Source: Alkalilimnicola ehrlichii MLHE-1
GTDB taxonomy: Bacteria > Pseudomonadota > Gammaproteobacteria > Nitrococcales > Halorhodospiraceae
Assembly (NCBI RefSeq): GCF_000014785.1
Contig: NC_008340.1
Coordinates: 1,500,001 to 1,532,000, forward strand
DNA: 32,000 nucleotides
Direction: 5' to 3'
This document shows, in pieces, positions 7,162 through 15,787 of this stretch. Each line of letters opens with the position of its first letter. Within the stretch, counting starts at the first letter, position 1. The notes under the pieces were generated by a model, which did not search any database, was not told the origin of the DNA, and saw only the letters and a program-made list of their open reading frames with translations. The translations under genes were made by a program, and so were the position numbers.

Positions 7162-8922
7162 ATGGCGGTGCAGGCAAAGCACAACGGCGGGGCCGCGCAC
7201 TGGTTACCGCTGCTAGGGTGGTTGCGGGCCTATCGGCCCGAGTACCTGGCCGGGGACCTGATCGCCGGCGCGGTGGTGGCGGTCATGTTGGTGCCGCAGG
7301 CGATGGCCTACGCCATGCTGGCGAACCTGCCGCCGCACGTGGGCCTGTACGCGAGCATCATCCCGCCGGTGGCCTACGCCCTGTTTGCCAGCAGCCGGGC
7401 TCTGGCCGTGGGCCCGGTGGCGATCGTCTCGTTGATGGTCGCCAGCGTCGCCGGGGCCGTGGCGGCCCCGGGCAGCGCGGAGCACCTGGGTGCTGCCGTG
7501 GTCCTGGCCCTGCTCTCGGGGATCGTGCTGCTGGTTATGGGCATGGCCCGGCTCGGTTTCGTCACTCAGTTCCTGAGCCATCCGGTACTCTCGGGCTTTA
7601 TCACCGCAGCGGCCGTCCTCATCGGCTTCAGTCAGCTACGCCACGTCCTCGGCGTGGAAGGCGGCGGTGACAATCTCCCTGCGATGGTGGTCGCGCTCTG
7701 GCAGTCCCTCGGCCAGGTCAACGGCGTCACCCTGGCCATCGGTCTGACCAGTATCGGCCTGCTGCTCTGGATGCAGGGCCCCCTCAAGGGCCTGCTGGTC
7801 CGCAGCGGACTCTCCGCGCCAGTGGCGGGGATTGCGGTGAAGACCGCCCCCTTGGTGGTGGTGGTATTGGGCTCACTGGCCGTGGCACTGCCCGGGCTGG
7901 ACGAGCACTTTGGGGTCAGTGTGGTGGGGCGGGTCCCCGAGGGGCTGCCCGATTTCGCCCTGCCGGCGGTGGACCTGCCGCTCTGGCGGGAACTGGTTTG
8001 GGGTGCGGTGCTGATCGCGCTGGTCGGCTTTCTGGAGAGTGCGTCGGTGGCGAAATCACTGGCGGCGCGGGATCGCGAGCGCATTGACCCGGATCGCGAA
8101 CTCAAGGGCCTGGGCCTGGCCAACATCGGCGCCTCGCTCTCCGGCGGGTATCCGGTGACCGGCGGGATCTCCCGCTCGGTCGTCAACTACAGCGCCGGGG
8201 CCCGCACGCCCATGGCGGGCGTGCTCTCCGCCCTGCTGATCGTGTTGGTGCTGCTGTTCCTGACTCCCTGGCTGGCCTGGTTGCCGCACGCCAGCCTTGC
8301 CGCAATCATCCTGGTCGCCGTGGTCGGTCTGGTGGATCTGCACACCCCGCGGCGGATCTGGCAGTATAGCCGTAGCGAGGCGGTGACGCTGCTGACCACC
8401 GCGGCGGTGGTCCTGGTCGTCGGCGTGGAGGCCGGGATCGTGGTCGGCGTGCTGCTCTCGCTGGGGCTTTACCTTTGGCGTACCAGCCGGCCGCATATGG
8501 CGGTGGTGGGGCGTGTGCCCGGTACGGAGCACTACCGCAATGTCGAGCGGCACAAGGTGGAGACCGATCCGCGGGTGCTGTTGGTCCGGGTGGACGAAAG
8601 CCTCTACTTTCCCAACACCCGCTACCTGGAAGACCGCCTGCAGGAGCTGGTCTGGGGGCGGGACGGGGTCGAGCACGTGGTACTGATCTGCAGCGCCGTC
8701 AATTTCATCGACGCCAGTGCCCTTGAGTCGTTGGAGGAGTTGGCCGGGCAGTTCGCGGACAGCGGGGTGACCCTGCATCTGGCCGAGGTCAAGGGCCCGG
8801 TGATGGACGGGCTGGAACAGGCCGGCTTCACCCGTCACCTGCGCGGCGGGCGCGTCTTCCTCAGCACGCACGAGGCCATGAAGGCGCTGGGGCCGCGGCG
8901 CCGGTGGGTGGTGCCCACCTGA
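7162..8922 (+). CDS. SulP-family anion permease with C-terminal STAS domain
   Basis: WLRAYRPEYLAGDLIAGAVVAVMLVPQAMAYAMLANLPP..., multiple TM helices, and a C-terminal VLLVRVDESLYFPN...VVLICSAVNFIDASALESLEEL (STAS). The start is set at ATG 7162 (GAGGAAG RBS at 7153-7159). The 43 codons upstream in the track ORF are Arg/Pro-rich and non-homologous. Confidence 0.9.
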   Translation: MAVQAKHNGGAAHWLPLLGWLRAYRPEYLAGDLIAGAVVAVMLVPQAMAYAMLANLPPHVGLYASIIPPVAYALFASSRALAVGPVAIVSLMVASVAGAVAAPGSAEHLGAAVVLALLSGIVLLVMGMARLGFVTQFLSHPVLSGFITAAAVLIGFSQLRHVLGVEGGGDNLPAMVVALWQSLGQVNGVTLAIGLTSIGLLLWMQGPLKGLLVRSGLSAPVAGIAVKTAPLVVVVLGSLAVALPGLDEHFGVSVVGRVPEGLPDFALPAVDLPLWRELVWGAVLIALVGFLESASVAKSLAARDRERIDPDRELKGLGLANIGASLSGGYPVTGGISRSVVNYSAGARTPMAGVLSALLIVLVLLFLTPWLAWLPHASLAAIILVAVVGLVDLHTPRRIWQYSRSEAVTLLTTAAVVLVVGVEAGIVVGVLLSLGLYLWRTSRPHMAVVGRVPGTEHYRNVERHKVETDPRVLLVRVDESLYFPNTRYLEDRLQELVWGRDGVEHVVLICSAVNFIDASALESLEELAGQFADSGVTLHLAEVKGPVMDGLEQAGFTRHLRGGRVFLSTHEAMKALGPRRRWVVPT

Positions 8923-8932
8923 ACGGCCGGGC

Positions 8933-9487
8933 TCAGGGGCGGTCGTCGCCCGTCAGTCGGCCGAAGTGGCGTGCCGCCTTTTCAAGCTTGGGCGCAATGA
9001 CCATCTGACAGTAGGGCTGGCCGCCGTGGCGCCGGTAGTAATCCTGGTGGTCGGCCTCGGCCGGGTAGAAGGCCGGTAGCGGCGTCAACTCGGTCACGAT
9101 GGGGTCCGCCCGGCGGCCCGCCTCCCGCGACATCACCTCCCGGGCGACCGCGGCCTGCTGGTCGTCATGGTAGAAGATCACCGAGCGATACTGACTGCCC
9201 ACATCCGCGCCCTGTCGGTTGGGCGTGGTTGGGTCGTGAATGGTGAAAAAGACCTGGAGTAGTTCCCGATAGCTGATGGTCCCGGGGTCGTACTCTATTT
9301 GCACCACCTCTGCGTGACCGGTGGCGCCGCTGCAGACCTGAGCGTAGCTCGGGTGGGCACGCCGTCCCCCCGCGTAGCCTGAAACCACGCTGCGGACGCC
9401 GCGCAGGCGCTGGAAGACCGCCTCCAGGCACCAGAAACAGCCACCACCCAGGGTGGCCCGCTCAGTGGTGGCGCCTTCCCCGGTCAT
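8933..9487 (-). CDS. msrA: peptide-methionine (S)-S-oxide reductase
   Basis: TLGGGCFWCLEAVFQRLRGV...GYAGG...YAQVCSGATGHAEVVQIEYDP...HDPTTPNRQG.D.G.QYRS: classic MsrA with GCFWC. No signal peptide. Its ATG 9487 overlaps the upstream gene's TGA (ATGA). Confidence 0.95.
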   Translation of the reverse strand: MTGEGATTERATLGGGCFWCLEAVFQRLRGVRSVVSGYAGGRRAHPSYAQVCSGATGHAEVVQIEYDPGTISYRELLQVFFTIHDPTTPNRQGADVGSQYRSVIFYHDDQQAAVAREVMSREAGRRADPIVTELTPLPAFYPAEADHQDYYRRHGGQPYCQMVIAPKLEKAARHFGRLTGDDRP

Positions 9488-10467
9488 GCGGGTACGGCCG
9501 ATGCGGACGCCGCGACGGGGGCCTCGGTAAGGTCGTATTTCTTCATCCGGTACAACAGTGTGTCGCGGGTCAGACCGAGCAGGCGGGCGGCCTGACTGCG
9601 GTTGCCGCCGGTCCGTTCCAACGCCTGGCGGATCAGGTCCGCCTCGAGCTCATCCATTTGGATGCCCCCCGCCGGCAGCCGGAAGCCATTGGCCCGCGGT
9701 GCCGCCGCGGGGGCCTGCTGGATCTCCGGGGGTAAGGCCCCGGCCGTGAGGGTGCGCCCGGCGTGCAGCACCACCAGGCGCTCGCAGGTGTTGCGCAACT
9801 CCCGGACATTGCCCGGCCAGGGGTAGCGCTGCAGGCAGCGAAGGGCATCGGGCTGGAGCCGCGGAGCGGGCAGGTCGTGGTGTCTGGCCAGGGCCTGCAG
9901 GAAGTGGTCAAGCAGGACCGGGATATCCGCCGGGCGCTCACGCAACGCCGGCAGCTCCAAGGGGATGACCTGTAGCCGGTAGTAGAGGTCGGCGCGGAAG
10001 CGGCCTGCCTCCACGTCCTGGTACAGATCGCGGTGGGTGGCGGCCACGACGCGGGTATTGACCGATTGCGGGCGAGTGGCGCCCAGCGGTTGACATTCCC
10101 CGGACTCCAAAAAGCGCAACAGTTTGGCCTGCACGGCGGCAGGCAGTTCGCCGACCTCGTCCAGAAACAGGGTACCATTGGCTGCGGCGGCGATCCGGCC
10201 GTCGTGGGGATCGACGGCGCCGGTAAAGGCGCCGCGCCGGTGACCGAACAACTCGGACTCGGCCAGGCCTTCCGGCAGCGCCGCACAGTTGACGGCCACG
10301 AAAGGGCCGTTGGCCCGCGGGCTCTCCGCGTGGACCGTGCGGGCCAGCAACTCCTTGCCGGTGCCGCTTTCACCCAGGATCAGGGTGGTGACCTCGGTGC
10401 TGGCGACCAATCGAGCCGCTCGCAGCACCGATTGCAGTTCCGGTGAATGACCTAATAGCTTGCCCAT
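9484..10467 (-). CDS. sigma-54-dependent transcriptional activator lacking an N-terminal sensory domain (AAA+ core + Fis-type HTH only)
   Basis: Starts [39 protein letters not shown] (Walker A about 30 aa from the start). [15 protein letters not shown] is the GAFTGA sigma-54 contact loop, [11 protein letters not shown] is Walker B, and the C-terminal [24 protein letters not shown] is the HTH. ATG 10467 is preceded by GGAGCAGGGAG. The upstream in-frame extension to 11139 is Arg/Pro/Gly junk overlapping a real gene in another frame. Confidence 0.9.
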   Translation of the reverse strand: MGKLLGHSPELQSVLRAARLVASTEVTTLILGESGTGKELLARTVHAESPRANGPFVAVNCAALPEGLAESELFGHRRGAFTGAVDPHDGRIAAAANGTLFLDEVGELPAAVQAKLLRFLESGECQPLGATRPQSVNTRVVAATHRDLYQDVEAGRFRADLYYRLQVIPLELPALRERPADIPVLLDHFLQALARHHDLPAPRLQPDALRCLQRYPWPGNVRELRNTCERLVVLHAGRTLTAGALPPEIQQAPAAAPRANGFRLPAGGIQMDELEADLIRQALERTGGNRSQAARLLGLTRDTLLYRMKKYDLTEAPVAASASAVPA

Positions 10468-10487
10468 GTCTCCCTGCTCCTGTTGCG

Positions 10488-11195
10488 TCACGAGCCCCCA
10501 AGGGCCTCGGTGCCGTAAAACTGTCCCGGTACGGTGAGGGTGGCCACCGCCATGAGGATAACTGTAACGCCGACGACCCGGCGAATCATTGGCCGACGGA
10601 CAAAACGGGCCAGGGTGCCGGCCATGACGCCGGCGGTGACCATGGCAGGCATGGTGCCCAGCCCGAAGAAGAACATGAAGGCCGCGCCTTCCAGGGCGCC
10701 GCCGGCGGAAAGGCTGAATATCAGGGCGGAGTAGACCAGCCCGCAGGGCAGCCAGCCCCAGACCAGCCCAAACAGGTAGGCCTGGTGCAGGCCACGAACC
10801 GGCAGCATCCGCCGCCCCAGCGGTTCCAGCCGCCGCCAGAGGGGCAGGCCAACGCGCTCGATGCGGGCCAGACTGGGGAACCAGCCGGCAATATACAGGC
10901 CAATGCCCACCAGCAGCGTCGCCGCCACGAGCTGGACCAGGAACTGGCCATGGCCACCCAAGGCCACCAGGAGGGTGCCGCCCAGCGCCCCGGTGATCGC
11001 GCCGGCGACGGAATAACTGGTGATTCGCCCCAGGCTGTAGGCCGTGCTGTACCACGGCAGCCGTCCGCTCCGGTTGCGCACCTCCGGTGCCAGGCTGAAG
11101 GTGAGGGCCCCGACGATGCCCCCGCACATACCCAGACAATGTACGGTACTGAACAGTCCGACCAGAAACGCAATAATGAGTGGTGGATATTCCAA
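10488..11195 (-). CDS. six-TM membrane protein with HCxxMCGG and LPCG motifs (DsbD_2 / TauE-SafE-like family)
   Basis: Six hydrophobic helices. TM1 contains STVHCLGMCGG and TM4 contains WGWLPCGLVY. The preferred start is TTG 11195 (GGGAG 6 nt upstream), giving MEYPPLIIAF.... ATG 11297 is an alternative. Stop at 10488, 20 nt before the activator ATG. Confidence 0.75.
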   Translation of the reverse strand: MEYPPLIIAFLVGLFSTVHCLGMCGGIVGALTFSLAPEVRNRSGRLPWYSTAYSLGRITSYSVAGAITGALGGTLLVALGGHGQFLVQLVAATLLVGIGLYIAGWFPSLARIERVGLPLWRRLEPLGRRMLPVRGLHQAYLFGLVWGWLPCGLVYSALIFSLSAGGALEGAAFMFFFGLGTMPAMVTAGVMAGTLARFVRRPMIRRVVGVTVILMAVATLTVPGQFYGTEALGGS

Positions 11196-11353
11196 AGGCA
11201 GCTCCCGGAGTTGAGCGATGAACGGGCGGATCGGGTATCGGACCGCCCTGAGCGCCGGATCATCCCTGGGCCCTATCTTACAATCTTTGCCGGTCATCCG
11301 GGTGGGGCAGCATGCCGCCCCCGCGATGCGACCGGTGCGGCAGGAGGCGGCGC

Positions 11354-12043
11354 ATGCGTGTGACGCTGGAGGCACTTCGGAAGGCGTACCGGGAGGGGGA
11401 ACACCGGCGGGTGGTGCTCGACGGGACCGGCCTGCAGGTGGCCAGCGGTGAGCACGTGGCGCTGATGGGGCGCAGCGGTTCGGGTAAGAGCACCCTGCTC
11501 AACCTCATCAGCGGCATGGACCGGCCGGATGCGGGCGAGGTCTGGCTGGGCGAGACGCCGCTCAGCCGCCTGGACGAGGGCGCGCGCACCCGCTTCCGAC
11601 GTCACCACATCGGTTTCGTCTTCCAGTTCTTCAACCTCATTCCCACCCTCACCATCGAGGAGAATCTGCTGTTGCCGTTGGAACTGGTGGGACGCCTCGA
11701 CGATGCCCCGCGGGCCCGGGAGCTGTTGGCGGCGGTCGGGTTGTCGGACCGCGCCCGGGCCTTCCCGGACCGGCTCTCCGGTGGCGAGCAGCAGCGTGTG
11801 GCGCTGGCCCGGGCCCTGGTGCATCGGCCGCGGCTGCTGCTCGCCGACGAACCCACCGGAACCCTGGACGCCGAGACGGGGGACCGGGTGTTGGCCCTCC
11901 TGCAGCACTTGGTCCGGGCCGGGGGGATGACCCTGATCACGGTGACCCACAGCCGGGAGGTGGCCGCCGCGGCCGATCGCGTCTTCCGCCTGGCGGAAGG
12001 GCAACTGCATGCGGTGGACCGGCTCGACGTGGCGGGGGTCTGA
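11354..12043 (+). CDS. ABC transporter ATP-binding protein (YbbA/LolD/MacB-ATPase-like)
   Basis: GRSGSGKSTLL (Walker A), LSGGEQQRVALARAL (signature), LLLADEPTG (Walker B). ATG 11354 with CAGGAGG RBS at 11341-11347. The stop overlaps the next start (TGATG). Confidence 0.92.
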   Translation: MRVTLEALRKAYREGEHRRVVLDGTGLQVASGEHVALMGRSGSGKSTLLNLISGMDRPDAGEVWLGETPLSRLDEGARTRFRRHHIGFVFQFFNLIPTLTIEENLLLPLELVGRLDDAPRARELLAAVGLSDRARAFPDRLSGGEQQRVALARALVHRPRLLLADEPTGTLDAETGDRVLALLQHLVRAGGMTLITVTHSREVAAAADRVFRLAEGQLHAVDRLDVAGV

Positions 12044-14574
12044 TGCGGCTGTTACAGCGATCCGGTGTGCGGTATCTGCTGGGCCACCGCTGGCAGGTGG
12101 CCCTGGCGGTGCTGGGGATCACCCTCGGTGTCGCCGTGGTCACCGCGGTCGATTTGGCCAACCGTAGCGCGCTGCAGGCCTTCCAACTCTCCGCGGAGGC
12201 GCTCACCGGTCAGGCCACCCACAGTATCACCGCCGGTAGCGAAGGGTTTGCTGAGGCCCTCTACCCCTGGCTACGGATCGAACAGCGCCAGCGGCGCATG
12301 ACGCCGGTGGTGGAAGGCTATGCCGAGGATCAGGCGCGCGCGGGCCGGGTCTGGCGCATCCTCGGCGTGGACCCCTTCGCCGAGGCGGCGGTGCGGCCGG
12401 CTCTGGGCGGCATCGGCACCGCAGGGGATCTGTCCGGCTTTCTCGGCCGCGATGACCGTGTACTGATGCAGGGCGAGGTGGCCCGGGAGCTGGATCTGGC
12501 GGTGGGGGATGCGCTTGAGCTGCGGGTCAGGGGGCGGGTGCGCCGGGTCGTGCTGGACGGTCTGCTGGAGCCGCAACGTCCGGTGGACCGCCAGGGCCTG
12601 CAGGATGTCCTGGTGATGGACATCGCGGCCGCTCAGGCCCTGCTCGGTCGCCCCGGCCGGCTCGATCGCATCGACCTGGTCCTGGCGGACGAGGCCGCCG
12701 CCGACGCCCTGCGCCAGGCGCTGCCGGCCGAGGTGCGCCTGCGGCCGGCGGAGGCGCGCGCCGATGCCCTGCTGGATATGAGCCGTGCGTTCCGGTTGAA
12801 CCTCACGGCCTTCAGCCTGCTCGCCCTGCTGGTCGGCGCCTTCCTGATCTACAACGCCATGACCTTCGCCGTGGTCCAGCGCCGGCCCCTGTTCGGGCGC
12901 CTGCGGGCGCTGGGGGTCGGGCGTGGCCAGATACTGCGCCTGGTGTTGCTGGAGGCCGCCCTGCTGGGGCTGGTGGGCAGCGTGCTTGGGTTGGTGCTGG
13001 GGATCGTGCTGGCGCAGGGTCTGGTCGGGCTGGTCACCCGCACCATCAACGACCTCTACTTCGTAGTCCAGGTACGGGGGGTACAGCCCACGGGCGTCAA
13101 TATCGCCCTGGGCCTGGCCCTCGGCGTGGGCGCCACGCTGGTCGCCGCGGCGGTGCCCGCCGCTGAGGCGGCACGGTCGCCGCCCCGGGCCACCCTGAGC
13201 CGCGCCGACCTGGAGGCCGGCAGTCGCCGGCGGGCCCCCCGGTTGGCGCTTGGCGGCGGCCTGGCGGTGCTGGCCGGAGGGGGGCTTCTCCTGGTCAGCC
13301 AGGCCCTGTTGCTGGCGTTTGTCGGTATCTTCCTGCTGCTGATGGGGACCGCACTGGCGGTGCCATTGCTGGTCCTGGTCGCTTCCCGGGCCCTGGCGCG
13401 GCCGGCCGGCGCGTTATTCGGCCTGCCGGGACGGATGGCCGCCCGCGGCGTGTCGGCGGGGCTCTCCCGCAGTGCCGTGGCGGTGGCGGCCCTGATGATC
13501 GCCATCAGTACGGTGGTCGGGGTGGGCGTGATGGTGGAGAGCTTCCGCGCAACCTTCGCCCAGTGGTTGGACGCCAGTCTGGAGGCGGATGTCTATATTA
13601 GCCCGCCCGGGATCACGGGTGACGCCGCGGCGCCCCTTGAGCCGGGGCTCGCCGACCGGCTGGCGGCCGTGGGCGGGGTCGAGCGGATCACCACGGGGCG
13701 CTATCGCCGGCTCCCGCAAGCGGAGACGGATTGGCGGCTGCGGGCCTACGACCTGGGCGGTGAGCGCGCGGTTGGGTTCCTGTTCCGGGCGGGCGATGAA
13801 TCGGTCTGGGCGCGGCTGCGCACGGAGGATGCCGTACTGGTGACCGAACCCTTCCAGTCCCGCTATGGCGTGGGGCAGGGCGACACCCTGGCGTTGCCGA
13901 CGCCGGCGGGGGAGCGCGAGTTCCGGGTGCTGGGGGTGACGTACGACTACACCACTAGCGCCGGCGCCGTGATCATGGCCGCGGAACGGTACCGCCACCA
14001 TTGGGACGATGACACCATCAACAGCATCGCCGTGCACGCCGAGCCCGGGGTGGCGGTGGGACCTCTGGTGGAGCGCCTGCGCGTTGCCGCTGGCGACGGC
14101 GCCCTGCTGCGCTTCCGGCCCAGTGCCGAAATCCGAGAGCTGTCGCTGGAGGTGTTCGATCGCACCTTCACCATCACCCATGTGCTTCGTATGCTGGCCA
14201 CCGGGGTGGCGGTGGTTGGTGTGCTGGGGGCCCTGCTGGCCCTGGCGCTGGAGCGTGCCCGGGAGATGGCGGTGTTGCGGGCCATGGGCTGCTCTGTCCG
14301 CCAGGTCCGGCGCCTGGTGTTGGGGCAGTCGCTCTTCGCCGGTGCGCTGGCGGGGGGGCTGGCCCTGCCGTTGGGGCTGGTGCTGGCGGTGGCCCTTACC
14401 CAGACCATCAACCAGCGTGCCTTTGGCTGGAGCCTGAGTGTCCACGTGGACCCGGCGTTGCTGCTGCAGGCGCTCGGCCTCGCACTGCTCGCAGCGTTGC
14501 TGGCCGGTTGGTATCCCGCACGCCGGATGGCGGCGACGCCACCGGGTGATGCCCTGCGTGAGGAGATGGAATGA
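12043..14574 (+). CDS. large FtsX-family ABC permease with duplicated FtsX modules (YbbP-like)
   Basis: 843 aa. It has two blocks of TM helices, each followed by an FtsX-type C-terminal helix bundle, separated by large extracytoplasmic segments. It is translationally coupled on both sides. Confidence 0.85.
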   Translation: MRLLQRSGVRYLLGHRWQVALAVLGITLGVAVVTAVDLANRSALQAFQLSAEALTGQATHSITAGSEGFAEALYPWLRIEQRQRRMTPVVEGYAEDQARAGRVWRILGVDPFAEAAVRPALGGIGTAGDLSGFLGRDDRVLMQGEVARELDLAVGDALELRVRGRVRRVVLDGLLEPQRPVDRQGLQDVLVMDIAAAQALLGRPGRLDRIDLVLADEAAADALRQALPAEVRLRPAEARADALLDMSRAFRLNLTAFSLLALLVGAFLIYNAMTFAVVQRRPLFGRLRALGVGRGQILRLVLLEAALLGLVGSVLGLVLGIVLAQGLVGLVTRTINDLYFVVQVRGVQPTGVNIALGLALGVGATLVAAAVPAAEAARSPPRATLSRADLEAGSRRRAPRLALGGGLAVLAGGGLLLVSQALLLAFVGIFLLLMGTALAVPLLVLVASRALARPAGALFGLPGRMAARGVSAGLSRSAVAVAALMIAISTVVGVGVMVESFRATFAQWLDASLEADVYISPPGITGDAAAPLEPGLADRLAAVGGVERITTGRYRRLPQAETDWRLRAYDLGGERAVGFLFRAGDESVWARLRTEDAVLVTEPFQSRYGVGQGDTLALPTPAGEREFRVLGVTYDYTTSAGAVIMAAERYRHHWDDDTINSIAVHAEPGVAVGPLVERLRVAAGDGALLRFRPSAEIRELSLEVFDRTFTITHVLRMLATGVAVVGVLGALLALALERAREMAVLRAMGCSVRQVRRLVLGQSLFAGALAGGLALPLGLVLAVALTQTINQRAFGWSLSVHVDPALLLQALGLALLAALLAGWYPARRMAATPPGDALREEME

Positions 14575-15716
14575 ACCCGCGGAGCGCTGTCTTTCTGATG
14601 CCGCTGGCCTGGGCCCTGGCCGCCTGCGACCCCGCCCCCGAGCCCGAGGTGCCCGAGACCCTGTCGGTGACCGGCGCCCTGGCCGGCGAGGAGGGGATCG
14701 CGGGCCTGGCCCGGGTGGAGGGCCCGGAGCCCCTGGTCTTCCCGTACGACCACGGACCGCATCCGTCGTACCGGCACGAGTGGTGGTATGTCACCGGCCA
14801 CCTGTTTGACGACCAGGCCCGCCACCACGGCTTCCAGGTCACGCTGTTCCGCTTCAACGTCGCCCCCGGCGCCGCCGGGGACCGGCCTTCCGCCTGGGCC
14901 ACTGACCAGCTCTGGATGGGGCATTTCGCCCTCGCCGACAGCGCTGCCGGCGACTACCATCACTACGAGCGGCTGTCCCGGGGGGCGCTGGGCCTGGCCG
15001 GCGGACAGGCTGCCCCCTTCCGCATCTGGCTGGAGGACTGGGTCCTGGAGGCCGCCGACGACAGCCCCGGGCCGTTCCCTATGCGGGTGAGCTTCCGCGA
15101 GGGCGATCATGCCGTGACCCTGCGCCTGGATGCCGACAAGCCCCTGGTGCTCCAAGGCGATGCGGGGTACAGCCAGAAGGGGCCCGAGGCCGGCAATGCC
15201 TCCCGTTATTTCTCCTGGACCCGGTTGAGCGCTGAGGGCGAGATCCACCTGAACGGGGAGGCCCGTCGCGTGCGGGGACAGGCCTGGAAGGATCGGGAGT
15301 GGGGCACCAGCGCTTTGAGTGAGGCCCACGCGGGCTGGGACTGGTTCTCCGTGCAACTGGATAACGGCCATGAGCTGATGTTCTACCACCTGCGCCTGGA
15401 GGATGGCCGGGTGGACCCGATCAGCAAGGGGCTGTGGGTGGATCCGGAGGGCAACACGCGGCGGCTGGGGCTGGATGATGTGACCCTGCGGGCCACCGAC
15501 CACTGGCAGAGCCCGGACGGGCAGGCGACCTATCCCGCCGGCTGGCAGTTGGCGATGCCGGACGCCGGGCTCCAACTGACCCTGACGCCCACGGTGGCCG
15601 ACCAGGAGTTGCGCGGCGGGGCGTTCCGCTACTGGGAGGGCGCACTGCGGGTCTCCGGTGAACAGGACGGCCGCCAGGTCAGCGGCTGGGGCTACGCGGA
15701 GTTGACCGGATATTGA
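14571..15716 (+). CDS. AttH-like lipoprotein (CrtC/hydroxyneurosporene-synthase-like + lipocalin-like domains)
   Basis: Lipobox LAWALAAC|D. FPYDHGPHPSYRHEWWYVTGHL...GFQVTLFRF is the motif I associate with the AttH/CrtC-like family that accompanies YbbAP/AttEFG-type transporters. ATG 14571 overlaps the permease stop (ATGA). Confidence 0.75.
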   Translation: MNPRSAVFLMPLAWALAACDPAPEPEVPETLSVTGALAGEEGIAGLARVEGPEPLVFPYDHGPHPSYRHEWWYVTGHLFDDQARHHGFQVTLFRFNVAPGAAGDRPSAWATDQLWMGHFALADSAAGDYHHYERLSRGALGLAGGQAAPFRIWLEDWVLEAADDSPGPFPMRVSFREGDHAVTLRLDADKPLVLQGDAGYSQKGPEAGNASRYFSWTRLSAEGEIHLNGEARRVRGQAWKDREWGTSALSEAHAGWDWFSVQLDNGHELMFYHLRLEDGRVDPISKGLWVDPEGNTRRLGLDDVTLRATDHWQSPDGQATYPAGWQLAMPDAGLQLTLTPTVADQELRGGAFRYWEGALRVSGEQDGRQVSGWGYAELTGY

Positions 15717-15787
15717 CACGCATCTATGCAACAATAAGCGGGGAGACGAACCGACACCCGCAGCATCCGGACAAGAGCGAACGGAAC

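Noticed and set aside
4534-9487. Selenocysteine recoding in the CxxC CMD protein or in MsrA, considered because a YqeC (selenium-linked) family gene is nearby.
   Set aside because: Both ORFs are uninterrupted, with Cys codons at the redox positions (HCEGC, GCFWC). There is no in-frame TGA and no SECIS-like hairpin.
9484-11139. 551-aa ORF suggesting that the sigma-54 activator has a roughly 220-aa N-terminal domain.
   Set aside because: The extension (…RGHRRGPHLQPGTGG…) is compositional junk. It overlaps, in another frame, a coherent six-TM protein gene. A good RBS plus ATG at 10467 starts exactly at the AAA+ core. A sequencing frameshift cannot be excluded, but nothing suggests one.
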